The notes under the pieces were generated by a model. The model saw only the letters and a list, made by a program, of their open reading frames with translations. It was not told where the DNA came from and searched no databases. Position numbers and translations under genes: made by a program. DNA of 64,000 nucleotides from Williopsis jadinii (lineage: Eukaryota): positions 310,001-374,000 of the forward strand of contig AP024668.1 in assembly GCA_024346625.1 (NCBI GenBank), written 5' to 3'. Positions 32,764 to 43,293 of this stretch are shown one piece after another. The first letter of the stretch is position 1, and the number at the start of each line of letters is the position of its first letter.

Positions 32764-33975
32764 ATGCCAAACTCAAGCAATTCCAATGGCTCCGAGAGAG
32801 ACGGTGGAATAGTAGTGAGCATCAGAGGCGAAGAATATGACTTAGGCGAGCTTCCAGAGAAGCTCAAGCTCAGACTTCTGGCTCTTCTTCAACAGAAGAA
32901 ACAACCGTACGAGAAGCCACCGTTGGATAGCATCTTCAATTTGGCAGACTTCACAGACGTGGCTAGAAACACTCTAAGTGAAAACACATGGTCTTATTAT
33001 CGTACAGGAGCAGCTGATGAGATCACGCTCAGGGAAAACACGCAGGCGTGGAGAAGAATATACTTCCGTCCACGTATCCTTAACAACGTCACAGAGGTTT
33101 CTTTGGCGACAGAGCTGCTGGGGTCCAAAAGTGCATACCCGTTTTACATCACTGCATTTGCAGGCTGTCATCTAGACAACAATGTCGATGCGGAAAAGCC
33201 TCTTTTACGTGCAAGTGACGAGTCTGGAGGTGTGTACATGTTGCCATTCCAGACCACCTTAGGGATCACACAACTCAGTAATGAAGGTGAAGGTGATCAG
33301 TGGCTTCAGATCTACGTTGGCCAGGATCGACAAAGAACTAAGGAAGTCATCAAAGAGGCTGAGGCAACGGGTAAGATCAAAGCTCTATGCTTTACAGTCG
33401 ACATGGCCCAGATTGGACGTCGTGAAACCCACCAGCGTGTCACAGGAGATGGCAGCTTCGTCAAGCATTTCTCAGGCATTTCGAGTTCTTTCAGTTGGGA
33501 TGAGGTTAGGGGATATAAGGACAGCACACACTTGAAATGCGTCTTGAAAGGCATACAAACCAAGGAAGATGCTGTAAAGGCCATTGAGTATGGGTTTGAT
33601 GGGATCATCTTGTCAAACCATGGGGGCCGACAACTCGACACCGCACGCTCGGGCATCGAGGTGTTAGCAGAGGTTCACAGGGAGTTGAAGCTGAAAGGGC
33701 TAGAGGACCGAATTGAGATCTTTGTAGACGGTGGTGTCAGTAGAGGCTCTGATATCGTCAAAGCCCTTGCATTGGGTGCTAAGGGTGTAGGTCTAGGCAG
33801 AGCCATGTTGTATGCGCTTCAGAGCTATGGTGAGCCAGGAGTGGCTAAGGCTATTGACATATTGAGGAGCGAAGTTGAGCTAACGTTGAGATTGTTGGGT
33901 GTCCGTTCAATCGGTGATCTGGATGAGTCATATGTCGATATTACAAACCTTCCTCTGAACAGAGCTACCCACTGA
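32764..33975 (+). CDS. FMN-dependent alpha-hydroxy acid dehydrogenase (CYB2-like) without an intact cytochrome b5 domain
   Basis: WSYYRTGAADEITLREN, FRPRIL, WLQIY, TVD...GRRE, LKGIQ, LSNHGGRQLD, VDGGVSRGSDIVKALALGA. Confidence 0.9.
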   Translation: MPNSSNSNGSERDGGIVVSIRGEEYDLGELPEKLKLRLLALLQQKKQPYEKPPLDSIFNLADFTDVARNTLSENTWSYYRTGAADEITLRENTQAWRRIYFRPRILNNVTEVSLATELLGSKSAYPFYITAFAGCHLDNNVDAEKPLLRASDESGGVYMLPFQTTLGITQLSNEGEGDQWLQIYVGQDRQRTKEVIKEAEATGKIKALCFTVDMAQIGRRETHQRVTGDGSFVKHFSGISSSFSWDEVRGYKDSTHLKCVLKGIQTKEDAVKAIEYGFDGIILSNHGGRQLDTARSGIEVLAEVHRELKLKGLEDRIEIFVDGGVSRGSDIVKALALGAKGVGLGRAMLYALQSYGEPGVAKAIDILRSEVELTLRLLGVRSIGDLDESYVDITNLPLNRATH

Positions 33976-35401
33976 AAGCGTTTTGTTCATAAGATGGGAT
34001 TAACGTATGGAAACCACTTGTTGTTTCTTATCACCACGTGACCCTCACGTGATCAGATGGAGAAGCTCGAATCTGCAGAGAGCTCCGATATGCAAAAATT
34101 ACGGGAATAACCGTTTTGGGAACTATGACGTAGATGAAAAGAGATCGGATTTGGCGCCGGAATAAGACACTGCCAGGAAAAATAGAGTTTTTTCTTTTCC
34201 AAGGCTGATGTTAAGAGTTTTAACAAAGAGTTCGGCGTAGCGTTGTTGTAACTTGTGACCTCTTTCTTTTGTTGAACAAAGCTTGTAGTTTAACGAATGG
34301 CTTTTCGTCCCTGTCTTCTTTTTGGCCGTGTCCAACGCTTCCACACTGTTCAGTGACGTGTCATGATTGTGTGTGGTTGATAAGGCGTAGGCGGAGTGAA
34401 AAGAGTACGTGGATATTATGTATGGCCGACATCCACGTTTTGAAATTCACACCCGATTTTTCTTATCAGACCAACCGTAGGCCTTCGAACTGTCCAATTG
34501 GCGAGGGAATATAACCGTCATACGTCCTAGATTTGCGAGGAGGCGGACAATAGCCCCCCAGTCCAACCAAAGGTAGTCATATGTAGTCGATTGGGCAGAG
34601 AGGAGGGCGAGGTGGAAGATATCATGTAAGGTGAACGAAGCCAGCTCGCTCATCGATTTGGCTTGGTCAATCGTGCAACTCGCCGGCGAAAGTGTAGCCC
34701 AGAGTGCAGCAGCAGCAGCAGCAGCAGCACTGCTTCCAACCCTGGTGGACTGGCCAAACCCGGTGCGAGAACGCTGCTCGCTGTACGGGAGATCTCCTTT
34801 GTTCGGAGTTTCCACAACAACAAGCCGGGGGGGGGACCCCCCTCCCACAGATCGGAATTGCTTCACGAAGCGTCGGAAGAGCCAGAACAGCGACTGTGCG
34901 TTGCCGGGGGCGTGCTGGCGGGGGATATCCTATCTACATTGGGTTAAAACAGATAAGGCGCTTCCAACGCTCATCTGAGCACCACAATGCCAGCGGGATT
35001 AACACCCACAGGGTGTTTCCACCGTGTCGATTTACGCTGAAACTCGTCGCAAATCGCTGGTGTCGACCGAGCAAAAAAAGAAAGAAAGAACACGCACGCC
35101 GGAAAAGAAACAAATCCCAGCGTCCCCTAACCAGAAAAAGCTTCTTGCCCTGCCAGGCCAACAAGTTCTGTCGTACGAGCGATCCAGTCGAAGCAGCCCA
35201 TCCACGCGCAATTGGCGACCACTTGGGCACCGTTGGAGAGCCACCATCGCCAGCTCCACGCTCCACTGGACTGGGGCCCGGAACGGGCCCACCCCAGGCC
35301 GCAGCGTCTTCTCCAGCGTGCTCTCCCTCGCTCCCTCAGAGCCAACACGCGCACTCCAAAAGAAGCGACATCGCACGGTACGCGCACACCGGAGAAAGCG
35401 T

Positions 35402-35544
35402 CCAATCACCGGCGCTTACCCAATCAGACCAGCCAAAAAAGCAATTCCAGCCCGCGTAATCTCTGGCCAATCAGCGCGCGCGCCGGCCCGGTGACTTAAA
35501 CCCGGCTGGACGACACCGGCTCATCGAAACTTTTCACATATAAA
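35402..35544 (+). promoter_or_regulatory. GDH1 proximal promoter: three CCAATCA boxes and a TATA box
   Basis: CCAATCA at 35402, 35420 and 35467; TATAAA at 35539; GATAAG/CTTATC sites further upstream (e.g. 34379, 34952). Confidence 0.55.
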
Positions 35545-35641
35545 GGCACGATGCGATTGCAATTCTTTTCCAAACATCAACCGCCCATCATCTTCTCCAA
35601 GGTAGCACTCTTATCTACAACCAACACCCACAGCACCCACA

Positions 35642-37024
35642 ATGGTCCAACCATCCGAGCCAGAATTCGAACAAGCATTGAACGAGGTTTACTCAACCTT
35701 GAAGGCCTCCTCTCTCTTCGAGAAGGAGCCAAAGTACCTGAAGGTGCTCGACGTTGTGCAAATTCCAGAGCGTATCATCCAGTTCAGAGTTGTGTGGGAG
35801 AACGACAACCACGAGGTTGAGGTGAACAGAGGTTACAGAGTGCAGTTCAACTCTGCTCTCGGTCCATACAAGGGAGGTTTGAGATTCCACCCTACCGTGA
35901 ACTTGTCTATCCTCAAGTTCTTGGGTTTCGAGCAGATCTTCAAGAACGCCCTGACCGGCCTGAACATTGGTGGTGGTAAGGGTGGTTCCGACTTCAACCC
36001 TAAGGGCAGATCCAACAACGAGATCAGAAGATTCTGTTATGCTTTCATGAGAGAGCTCTCCAGACACATTGGTCAGGACACTGATGTGCCAGCTGGTGAC
36101 ATCAACGTTGGTGGCCGTGAGATTGGTTACCTGTTTGGTGCCTACAAGCAGATCAGAAACTCCTTCGAGGGTGTTTTGACCGGTAAGGGTTTGACCTGGG
36201 GTGGTTCTTTGATCAGACCAGAGGCCACTGGTTTCGGTTTGGTGTACTACGTTGAGCAACAGATCAAGTACGCCACCAAGGGTAAGGAGGACTTCACTGG
36301 CAAGAGAGTTGCCATCTCCGGTTCCGGTAACGTTGCCCAATACGCTGCCTTGAAGGTTATCCAACTCGGTGGTAAGGTTGTCTCCCTCTCCGACTCTAAG
36401 GGTACCATCATCTCCGAGGAGGGTGTCACTGCTGAGCAAATTGCTGTCATTGGTAAGGCTAAGATTGCCTTCAAGTCTCTTGAGGAGATCATCAAGGACC
36501 CAGCCTTCGAGACTCACCCAGTTAAGTACATTGCCGGTGCCAGACCATGGATCCACGTTGGCCAGGTTGACGTTGCCTTGCCATGTGCCACCCAAAACGA
36601 GGTTTCCGGTGACGAGGCTAAGGCCCTTGTTGCTGCTGGTGTCAAGTATGTCGCTGAGGGTTCCAACATGGGTTCCACCCAAGATGCCATTGACGTTTTC
36701 GAAGGTGAACGTTTGGCCACCAAGTCCGCCTCTGCCCCAGCCGTCTGGTACGCCCCAGGTAAGGCCTCTAACGCTGGTGGTGTCCTTGTCTCCGCCTTGG
36801 AGATGGGTCAGAACTCTCAAAGAATCCAATGGACCTCTGAGCAAGTTGACTCCGAGTTGCACAAGAGAATGATCAACTTGTTCGAGGAGTCCATCAAGTA
36901 CGCCACCCAGTACTCCAAGGAGTCCAACAAGGAGTCTCTTCCATCCTTGGTTATGGGTGCTAACTTGGCTGGTTTCGTCAAGGTTGCCGACGCCATGTTC
37001 GACCACGGTGACGTCTGGGCTTAG
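35642..37024 (+). CDS. GDH1: NADP-specific glutamate dehydrogenase
   Basis: [41 protein letters not shown]; strong codon bias. Confidence 0.98.
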   Translation: MVQPSEPEFEQALNEVYSTLKASSLFEKEPKYLKVLDVVQIPERIIQFRVVWENDNHEVEVNRGYRVQFNSALGPYKGGLRFHPTVNLSILKFLGFEQIFKNALTGLNIGGGKGGSDFNPKGRSNNEIRRFCYAFMRELSRHIGQDTDVPAGDINVGGREIGYLFGAYKQIRNSFEGVLTGKGLTWGGSLIRPEATGFGLVYYVEQQIKYATKGKEDFTGKRVAISGSGNVAQYAALKVIQLGGKVVSLSDSKGTIISEEGVTAEQIAVIGKAKIAFKSLEEIIKDPAFETHPVKYIAGARPWIHVGQVDVALPCATQNEVSGDEAKALVAAGVKYVAEGSNMGSTQDAIDVFEGERLATKSASAPAVWYAPGKASNAGGVLVSALEMGQNSQRIQWTSEQVDSELHKRMINLFEESIKYATQYSKESNKESLPSLVMGANLAGFVKVADAMFDHGDVWA

Positions 37025-37205
37025 ACAAGGTGCTATACATAAAAAGGGATACGTCTTCTGTATAAAGATTTAATGACTGTTTGGATTTTTACGTCTGGTT
37101 TTATTACTTGAAGCCTGTAGAGTAGATGCCAATGCGTTGGTGATGCAAGCGAAGCAAGCGAAGCACACACCGCCATAGACTGGCGCAGCTTGCCATGTAA
37201 GGCCG

Positions 37206-38501
37206 TTACAACCGTGCAGCCTGCTCAACGGTGACGATGATGAGCCCGAACACGCCACTGAGCACCAGGATGCCGGTGTACTTGAGGACGTTTACCCTCA
37301 CGCTCAACATCACGAGCACCAGGAAGGCGAGTGATGTCATGGCGAGGAAGGCCAGCGAGCCTTGTAACGACGTTGTGAGCCCTGATGAGAGGTAGAGCAC
37401 GGCCCTGAGCACCGGGCTGGTCTCCAAGAGATCGGTGATGTCCACCATGAGCTCCTTTGCCTCAACCATGCCAGCTGCTAGATCATCAACGTGGTGATCC
37501 ATCTTGCTCAGAGAACCGTTCAGCCGGTGCGCAGACCGTGATGCGCCCTCCAGGCTGGCATCGAGTTCCCTGTGCACGTCCACGGTCCGCAGCAGCTGCG
37601 AGTAGAGACGCTGAAGCCCATTGCTTGTTCCTTCCAGAGACTGTGCCATCAACATGTCACGCTCCTCCAGGTCAGTGACGAACCTGAGCCTGAGGAAGTC
37701 CAGCTGCTGCGAGAACTCCAGGTCGATGCCTTCGAACAAGGCCACGAGATTGGACTCGACGGCCTCGCTGCTCTGCCTGGCCAACGCCGTGGCGTTGGCA
37801 CTCATCTCACCCAGCTTGGACATCTGGGACGTGACGTGGCTCCACATCGTCTGTAGCTGGCGCTTCGACTCGCCAGCTTCCTTTTCAATCTGAGCCATGA
37901 GCCGCCTCAGCCTGGCGAAGGACTGCTCGCTCTCCCTTTTCAGCCTGCTGGACTCATCGACACACTCGTGCAAGCTGTCAAACACCTCGGAGTAGTACGA
38001 AGTCACCCCCAGGAACATCGACCATATCTCGTCCTTCTCGTAGGGCAGGCTCTGCTGATGGCAGATCTCGCCAATGGACCTGTAATACCCGCTGTACGTT
38101 GTCCACCACTGGCTCTTCTTCTCCAGCGCCATGACACACGCTGAGTACTCTGTCGGGTCCATCACGGTGGCGAGGACTCGGCCTCTGGAGCGGCACTCAA
38201 GCGGATACTCAACATTGGCAACCTCGAACTCGCACACCGACAGCTTAGCAGCTGTCATTGCCCTGATCCTCGGGTCCATCTCGTTCAGCGGTGTCTTGAG
38301 ACACTTCGACAGGATCGGCATGATGGCTCCTTTCACACACGACGTGTCGTACTGCGGCTGCTCAGCAAACAGCGACACTTCTCTGCTGGTCCGTGTGAGG
38401 TTGCGGTACCGTTGGACGATGTCGTCCACGGTGTACTCTCCAGTAGACAGCGACGATACAGAGGCGCTCGCCACTAGGACGAGGACTAGACGGAAGAGCA
38501 T
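37206..38501 (-). CDS. KAR5: Nuclear membrane fusion (karyogamy) protein
   Basis: Signal peptide, Cys-rich domain AAKLSVCEF...YP.EC...C...LE...QWWTTYSGYYRSIGEIC, coiled coil, two C-terminal TM segments. Confidence 0.9.
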   Translation of the reverse strand: MLFRLVLVLVASASVSSLSTGEYTVDDIVQRYRNLTRTSREVSLFAEQPQYDTSCVKGAIMPILSKCLKTPLNEMDPRIRAMTAAKLSVCEFEVANVEYPLECRSRGRVLATVMDPTEYSACVMALEKKSQWWTTYSGYYRSIGEICHQQSLPYEKDEIWSMFLGVTSYYSEVFDSLHECVDESSRLKRESEQSFARLRRLMAQIEKEAGESKRQLQTMWSHVTSQMSKLGEMSANATALARQSSEAVESNLVALFEGIDLEFSQQLDFLRLRFVTDLEERDMLMAQSLEGTSNGLQRLYSQLLRTVDVHRELDASLEGASRSAHRLNGSLSKMDHHVDDLAAGMVEAKELMVDITDLLETSPVLRAVLYLSSGLTTSLQGSLAFLAMTSLAFLVLVMLSVRVNVLKYTGILVLSGVFGLIIVTVEQAARL

Positions 38502-38587
38502 GGAGATGCTCTTCCCTGTCTGGCCCACGGTACTGCCTCTCACATCCCACCACGCTGCTTTTATACTGCTCTGTCCGCCCACCGTGG

Positions 38588-38606
38588 TGTCTCAGAGGTG
38601 TTTCAT
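38588..38606 (-). promoter_or_regulatory. Pheromone-response elements (Ste12-type) upstream of KAR5
   Basis: Minus strand ATGAAACA (38599-38606) next to TGAGACA (38588-38594); TATAAAA at ~38559-38565. Confidence 0.55.
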
Positions 38607-38957
38607 ATGACAGACACATCGCGAGAGCCATCGCTACGCTTCAACAGGGCCTACAAGGGCCTACAAGGGACGTAGAAACACGCGGAAAACGGCCCAGCAC
38701 ACCCGTGCCCACCAAGACACTACGAGCTACACACACACAACCACACACCTCCGCCAATTGGGCTCAGCGGGCTGAGAAGCCAGGGAAAAGGTGTCAAAAT
38801 TGGCTGAAAACGCGCCCTTGATCCACCTGTCGGCATGTCGCGGAGGCTCAGGCCGACATCACCAAACTCCGGAAAAACACCGTGCCGGGGTGGCATGTCC
38901 TCGAGTGCTACATCAACACACAATTGTGGGCAAATGAATGGGAAGATCCTCAACAAA

Positions 38958-40253
38958 ATGACCCATTTCAACCGTAGAGCGGTGTTTCTGGTGCTGTTCT
39001 ATGCGTGCTGTGCTCAATGTGCGGATATGGTGATGGAAGGTGACGACTTGCCGTCACCTCAGCCCACGCACGCCGCGTCGAAGACGTTCCACTGGATCAT
39101 GACACTGGCCTTGACGCTGATTCTTCCCTCGATCTCTGGCGTGCTGGTGTTTGCCGAGAGACTACACGCTGCTGTGATCTTCCAGCTGGTGTCAGCGGCG
39201 TACGCGGTGGTTGAGGTGGTGTTCTTGTCGTTCCCTGATGGCGATGGTGTTGAGAACAGGACGTCAAGGGGAACGGGCGTGACGTTTATGCTGATGAGTG
39301 CCGTCACCGTGGTGTTTGCCCTGGTGCACTCGGGCTCCAAGGTGCTCCAGCCAAAGGCCATGGGCAGGATAGCACACATGGGCGAAAGAAGCGTTAGAAT
39401 CGTGCACAGAGCGCTCAGCGTGCTGGTGACCCTTGTAGGATGGGTCCGTGTTTGTATGGCGCCGATTGCGCTGTTTGGGTTCTGTAGGGACAAGCACACG
39501 GGCCAGTGCCTTGCACATGGAATCATGGGCTCTGCTTTCGTGTGGTATGGCTTTGTCTATGCGATGGTGCTGGTGCTGCCCTACTTCAGGGAGTCCAGCC
39601 ATCCAAGATCACAGGAGTTTTATGACTCGACGCTGATGATGGTTTGGGGCGTGGTGAACACGTTCACTGAGCACCGTTGGGGCAAGGAGCCTTGGAACCA
39701 CGGTGACTACCAACACACTGCAATGGGCATAATTTGGTGGTGTGGTGGCCTGCTGGGCATGTTTCTCTCCCGTGGAGGCCGTCGCTCCTTCGTGCCAGCG
39801 TTGCTATTGATATACACAGGCTGGGCCATGTCAGAGCACGTTCAGATGCTACAAGTCAGCACAAAGGTCCATGCGATGTTTGGCATAGTGCTCATGACCG
39901 GTGGTGCGCTGAGAATCATGGAAATCTCATTCCTGCTGAGAGATGAGCGTTCAATCCCTGGTAGGATCATGTCATTCCAGTACCTGCCTTCGTTCTGCCT
40001 TGTGGAATCAGGTGTTCTATTCATGGGTGCCAACGAGGAGCAGCTGGAGCTCGTCTTGAGGCTCCACGCTGATCATAGCTCGTACATCATGGTTGTGACG
40101 GGCGGTGCCTTCATGATCTACCTGTGGATGCTCCTGTTACTGGAGCTTTACCAGAGATTGACACTGACATCGAACATCAACCTCTCGAGCTATGCTGCGT
40201 TGGAGAGAGAAGCAGATGCCAGAGAATTCGAGTTGGACGATATCGAAGAGTAG
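38958..40253 (+). CDS. YTP1: Ytp1-family multi-pass membrane protein
   Basis: ENRTSRG, GFC...HTGQCLAHGIMGSAF, NTFTEHRWG, DYQHTAMG, LFMGANEEQ. Confidence 0.9.
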   Translation: MTHFNRRAVFLVLFYACCAQCADMVMEGDDLPSPQPTHAASKTFHWIMTLALTLILPSISGVLVFAERLHAAVIFQLVSAAYAVVEVVFLSFPDGDGVENRTSRGTGVTFMLMSAVTVVFALVHSGSKVLQPKAMGRIAHMGERSVRIVHRALSVLVTLVGWVRVCMAPIALFGFCRDKHTGQCLAHGIMGSAFVWYGFVYAMVLVLPYFRESSHPRSQEFYDSTLMMVWGVVNTFTEHRWGKEPWNHGDYQHTAMGIIWWCGGLLGMFLSRGGRRSFVPALLLIYTGWAMSEHVQMLQVSTKVHAMFGIVLMTGGALRIMEISFLLRDERSIPGRIMSFQYLPSFCLVESGVLFMGANEEQLELVLRLHADHSSYIMVVTGGAFMIYLWMLLLLELYQRLTLTSNINLSSYAALEREADAREFELDDIEE

Positions 40254-40359
40254 ATATATACGGCTAATTACAAAGATAAAGACAGGTGACTCTATGTATG
40301 TAAAGATAAGCAGGGAAAGGAAATAAATGGCCCATCTTTTGTTCTTTTGGAATGGATCT

Positions 40360-42750
40360 TCACTTTGTAGTGCTTGTGCGGTTGTCTCCATCATCATCCT
40401 CATCAGTGTCCACTTCAAAGCTATCAGATCGTCTAGTGCTCGTGGTTTGGGAACCAGCCAAACGGCTGTCCTCATTGTCTTCATCATCAGACTCACCAAC
40501 GTCTATATTGTCCAGCCTGTTGTTATCACTGGTGTCCAAGGTGAATATGCTGGTATCATCTTCACTTGTATCTGTATCATCTGGTCTGATGATATCGAAT
40601 TCGTACTGTTCACGTCTTCTGATGAGACGACGAGTCAGCACAAAGTTGTATATGAGGATGGCGAAGAATCCCACGACAATAATGGCGAGGAAGTAATTGA
40701 CATAGTGAGGAGACCATCTGTCAGTGTACTGGCCCTCCGTGGATTTGGACTCATCATCGGTTTGCTCCTGTGTGTCTGTTGGCACAGGCGAGGTTTCCGA
40801 TGACGTGACTGCCACTTCGGATGATGTGGTGGCAGATTCAGATGATTCCACTTGCACGGATGAAACACTGGTTGCAGAAGATGAGGTGACTTCGGATGAC
40901 ACCGACAAGTCAGACACCTCAGACTTCTGAGAGACAACAGCATTCACAGGCTCTGTCACATCGTTGTCTTTCTTTTGGCCATAGAAGCTCAGTTTGAAGT
41001 CCTTCAAGACCACATTGTTGGTGTTGTCGTGGTTTTCAACACGAACTTTCCACTTACCGTTTGGTGAGCGATCTCCCCAGTGTGCCACTGTCATGAATGT
41101 CCAGTTCTTGAAGCCATCCTTGGATTTGTCCAGCTTTCTAACAACTCCCAGGTTCGACACAGTGCCACTAGGCGAGATCAGGTCTATTGACACCTGTCCT
41201 CTTATCGAAGTATCCATATTGAGATGTAGTTGAACGTGTTCCAAGTTCTTGAAGTCTCCCAACTGATCAATGTCGAATTCATGAGTGTACTCCTTGCCCA
41301 CTTTGACGTTGGCACCAACGGTATCAGAGGAAATATGGACTTGCTCGTTAACGTTCTCCCATGTCTTGGCCAGCTCCACAATCTTCCAGGCATCCAATCG
41401 ACCATAGCCGTACTTATGCGAGTACTTCTTGCCCATTGCAGTGTCCTGGTACTCGCCATCGTTTTCGTTGATCAAGTCAGAAGACAAAATGGTGATGTAC
41501 TGAACATCTCTCCATGTCAATTCTGGGTTGGCCTCCAAGACTAAGGTGTAGACACCAGCAGCAAGTGGTGCAGCTGCCGAGGTACCACCGTGGTGTGCAG
41601 TACACTGGTCGTGCAAATCAGTCGAGTGGATGTATTCTCCTGAACCTGAGCTGTAAGTCACCACCAAGACAGCTGAACATGCTTCAGAGTAAGGTGGGTG
41701 TAGTCCCTTGTGGTCAAGAGCACCAACTGTGATCGAGTAGATGCTGTTTGTATAGCCATCGTAGTTACAGTTATCACCGTGCATACCACCATTACCAGAG
41801 GCAAAGACATAGATAGCACCTTTCCCCTTTCTTCCCTCCTGAACACCTCTTCTGATAGCTCTTTTAACCAGCTTGCTAGGTGCCTCCATCGTTTTACCGT
41901 TATCCGAAGGCCCCCAGGAGCAGGAGTAGATGTCGTTGACGTCTAAGCCATAGACCAGCGCAGCAGCTTCATCCTCCTGCGTGATATCACCAGAAAGAAT
42001 TCTGATACCAGAAACCTTTGAATTGAAGCCCACGCCGACACCACACACGTCGTTCTTTACCGCAGCAATCTCGCCAGCACATCTGGTGCCATGGTAGTCA
42101 TCTCTCAGGGTTGGTTTCGGCAGCTTCTGGTTGGCGTTGTAGTCCCAGGAGCCTTCTTCACAGAAGTTATCAGCGAGATCCTTACTCTCGTAATCGAGAC
42201 CATCGTCAATGACTGCAGCAACAACACCATTCCCCGTTATGTTCTGGGCCCACACGCCCGTGACGTTCACGTCGTGCGAAGGGTAAGAGGGGTTGATCAG
42301 GTGCCACTGAGAAGCGAACTCAGGGTCCTGTATTTGGAACTGCTCTTGAGCGTCTTGGACACGTTGCATCGACGAATCCATCGGTGGATCAGCAAGCACC
42401 ACCGGCACTGGCGCTCTTTTAACCAGTCTCCTTGGCGACAGCTGGTGTATCGACCTTATTCCTTCATCAGACAGCTCCAGCTCGGTGAAGTCGAGTCTCT
42501 TGTGCAGCGAGCCGCCGTCATCGTCGCTTCCATCACCGTCAAGGTGCTTAGGTTGAGAAAACACATAGTGTCCAGGATTGCCTCTGGCGTCGTGTTCGTA
42601 GTGCCAGTGAGGGAACGACAGCAGCAGGCTCCGTATCTGGGACCGGTCATCCAGCTCCACAGCGAAGTAGCTCTTCGTCTCGTAGTCCCTCGGCGGGATC
42701 TGCGACGAGTAGACACCGCACACCAACGTCAACAACAAGGAAGGCCTCAT
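40360..42750 (-). CDS. KEX2: Kexin, subtilisin-like proprotein convertase
   Basis: Signal and prodomain with KR site, IDDGLD, HGTRCAGE, FASGNGG, GGTSAAAP, P-domain, S/T-rich linker, TM, YEF tail. Confidence 0.97.
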   Translation of the reverse strand: MRPSLLLTLVCGVYSSQIPPRDYETKSYFAVELDDRSQIRSLLLSFPHWHYEHDARGNPGHYVFSQPKHLDGDGSDDDGGSLHKRLDFTELELSDEGIRSIHQLSPRRLVKRAPVPVVLADPPMDSSMQRVQDAQEQFQIQDPEFASQWHLINPSYPSHDVNVTGVWAQNITGNGVVAAVIDDGLDYESKDLADNFCEEGSWDYNANQKLPKPTLRDDYHGTRCAGEIAAVKNDVCGVGVGFNSKVSGIRILSGDITQEDEAAALVYGLDVNDIYSCSWGPSDNGKTMEAPSKLVKRAIRRGVQEGRKGKGAIYVFASGNGGMHGDNCNYDGYTNSIYSITVGALDHKGLHPPYSEACSAVLVVTYSSGSGEYIHSTDLHDQCTAHHGGTSAAAPLAAGVYTLVLEANPELTWRDVQYITILSSDLINENDGEYQDTAMGKKYSHKYGYGRLDAWKIVELAKTWENVNEQVHISSDTVGANVKVGKEYTHEFDIDQLGDFKNLEHVQLHLNMDTSIRGQVSIDLISPSGTVSNLGVVRKLDKSKDGFKNWTFMTVAHWGDRSPNGKWKVRVENHDNTNNVVLKDFKLSFYGQKKDNDVTEPVNAVVSQKSEVSDLSVSSEVTSSSATSVSSVQVESSESATTSSEVAVTSSETSPVPTDTQEQTDDESKSTEGQYTDRWSPHYVNYFLAIIVVGFFAILIYNFVLTRRLIRRREQYEFDIIRPDDTDTSEDDTSIFTLDTSDNNRLDNIDVGESDDEDNEDSRLAGSQTTSTRRSDSFEVDTDEDDDGDNRTSTTK

Positions 42751-43054
42751 CGTTATCTCTTCCGCACAGACAAAAGGACACAGGCCGAGTCAGAACAAAG
42801 GTATCGTATCCTCAACAAAGAATACAGCAACTGGCACAGAGCAACGTTCACAGGAGAGCCACGGTGCCTCGAAGCTGAGCGTTGTTGAAGGTGGAAACAG
42901 CGGGAAGTTGATGGTTGTTTGGGACGAGTTTTATAGGCCAGCAGCACTTTTTTGGGTACTAAATGGCCGTGGGCCCCAAAAGGTGAATATTGTGACGGGG
43001 GAAAAAGGGGACGGCCGGGGGTCGAACGCGGAACAGGGTTGTTGATTATATCAT

Positions 43055-43089
43055 GGATTACATAAGGGATTACATAAGGGATTACATAA
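43055..43089. repeat. 12-bp tandem repeat (GGATTACATAAG) x~3
   Basis: Read directly. Confidence 0.85.
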
Positions 43090-43149
43090 CATCGGCACTT
43101 ACCCTTTTTGTTTACTACGTGTTTGTTCTTCGTTTCCACCTTTCACCAG

Positions 43150-43255
43150 GGGCAGAGTAGCACAACTAAGCAGTCAGTGGTTGTGATATCAGACTCAGAG
43201 CTCAGTAGTGTTGATGCGTCGGAGGACTACCTCTCGCAGGATGAGGATGAGTTCC

Positions 43256-43293
<38 letters not shown>

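Noticed and set aside
34031..34260. Paired CACGTGA sites as CDEI of a point centromere
   Set aside because: No very AT-rich CDEII or CDEIII-like element follows; more likely bHLH (Cbf1-type) sites
34447..35499. Several overlapping 95-250 aa ORFs upstream of GDH1
   Set aside because: GC-rich promoter DNA with few stop codons; no domain similarity and mostly non-ATG starts
35693..37006. 437-aa ORF antisense to GDH1
   Set aside because: Expected by-product of strong codon bias in a highly expressed gene (few TTA/CTA/TCA codons); no independent coding signal
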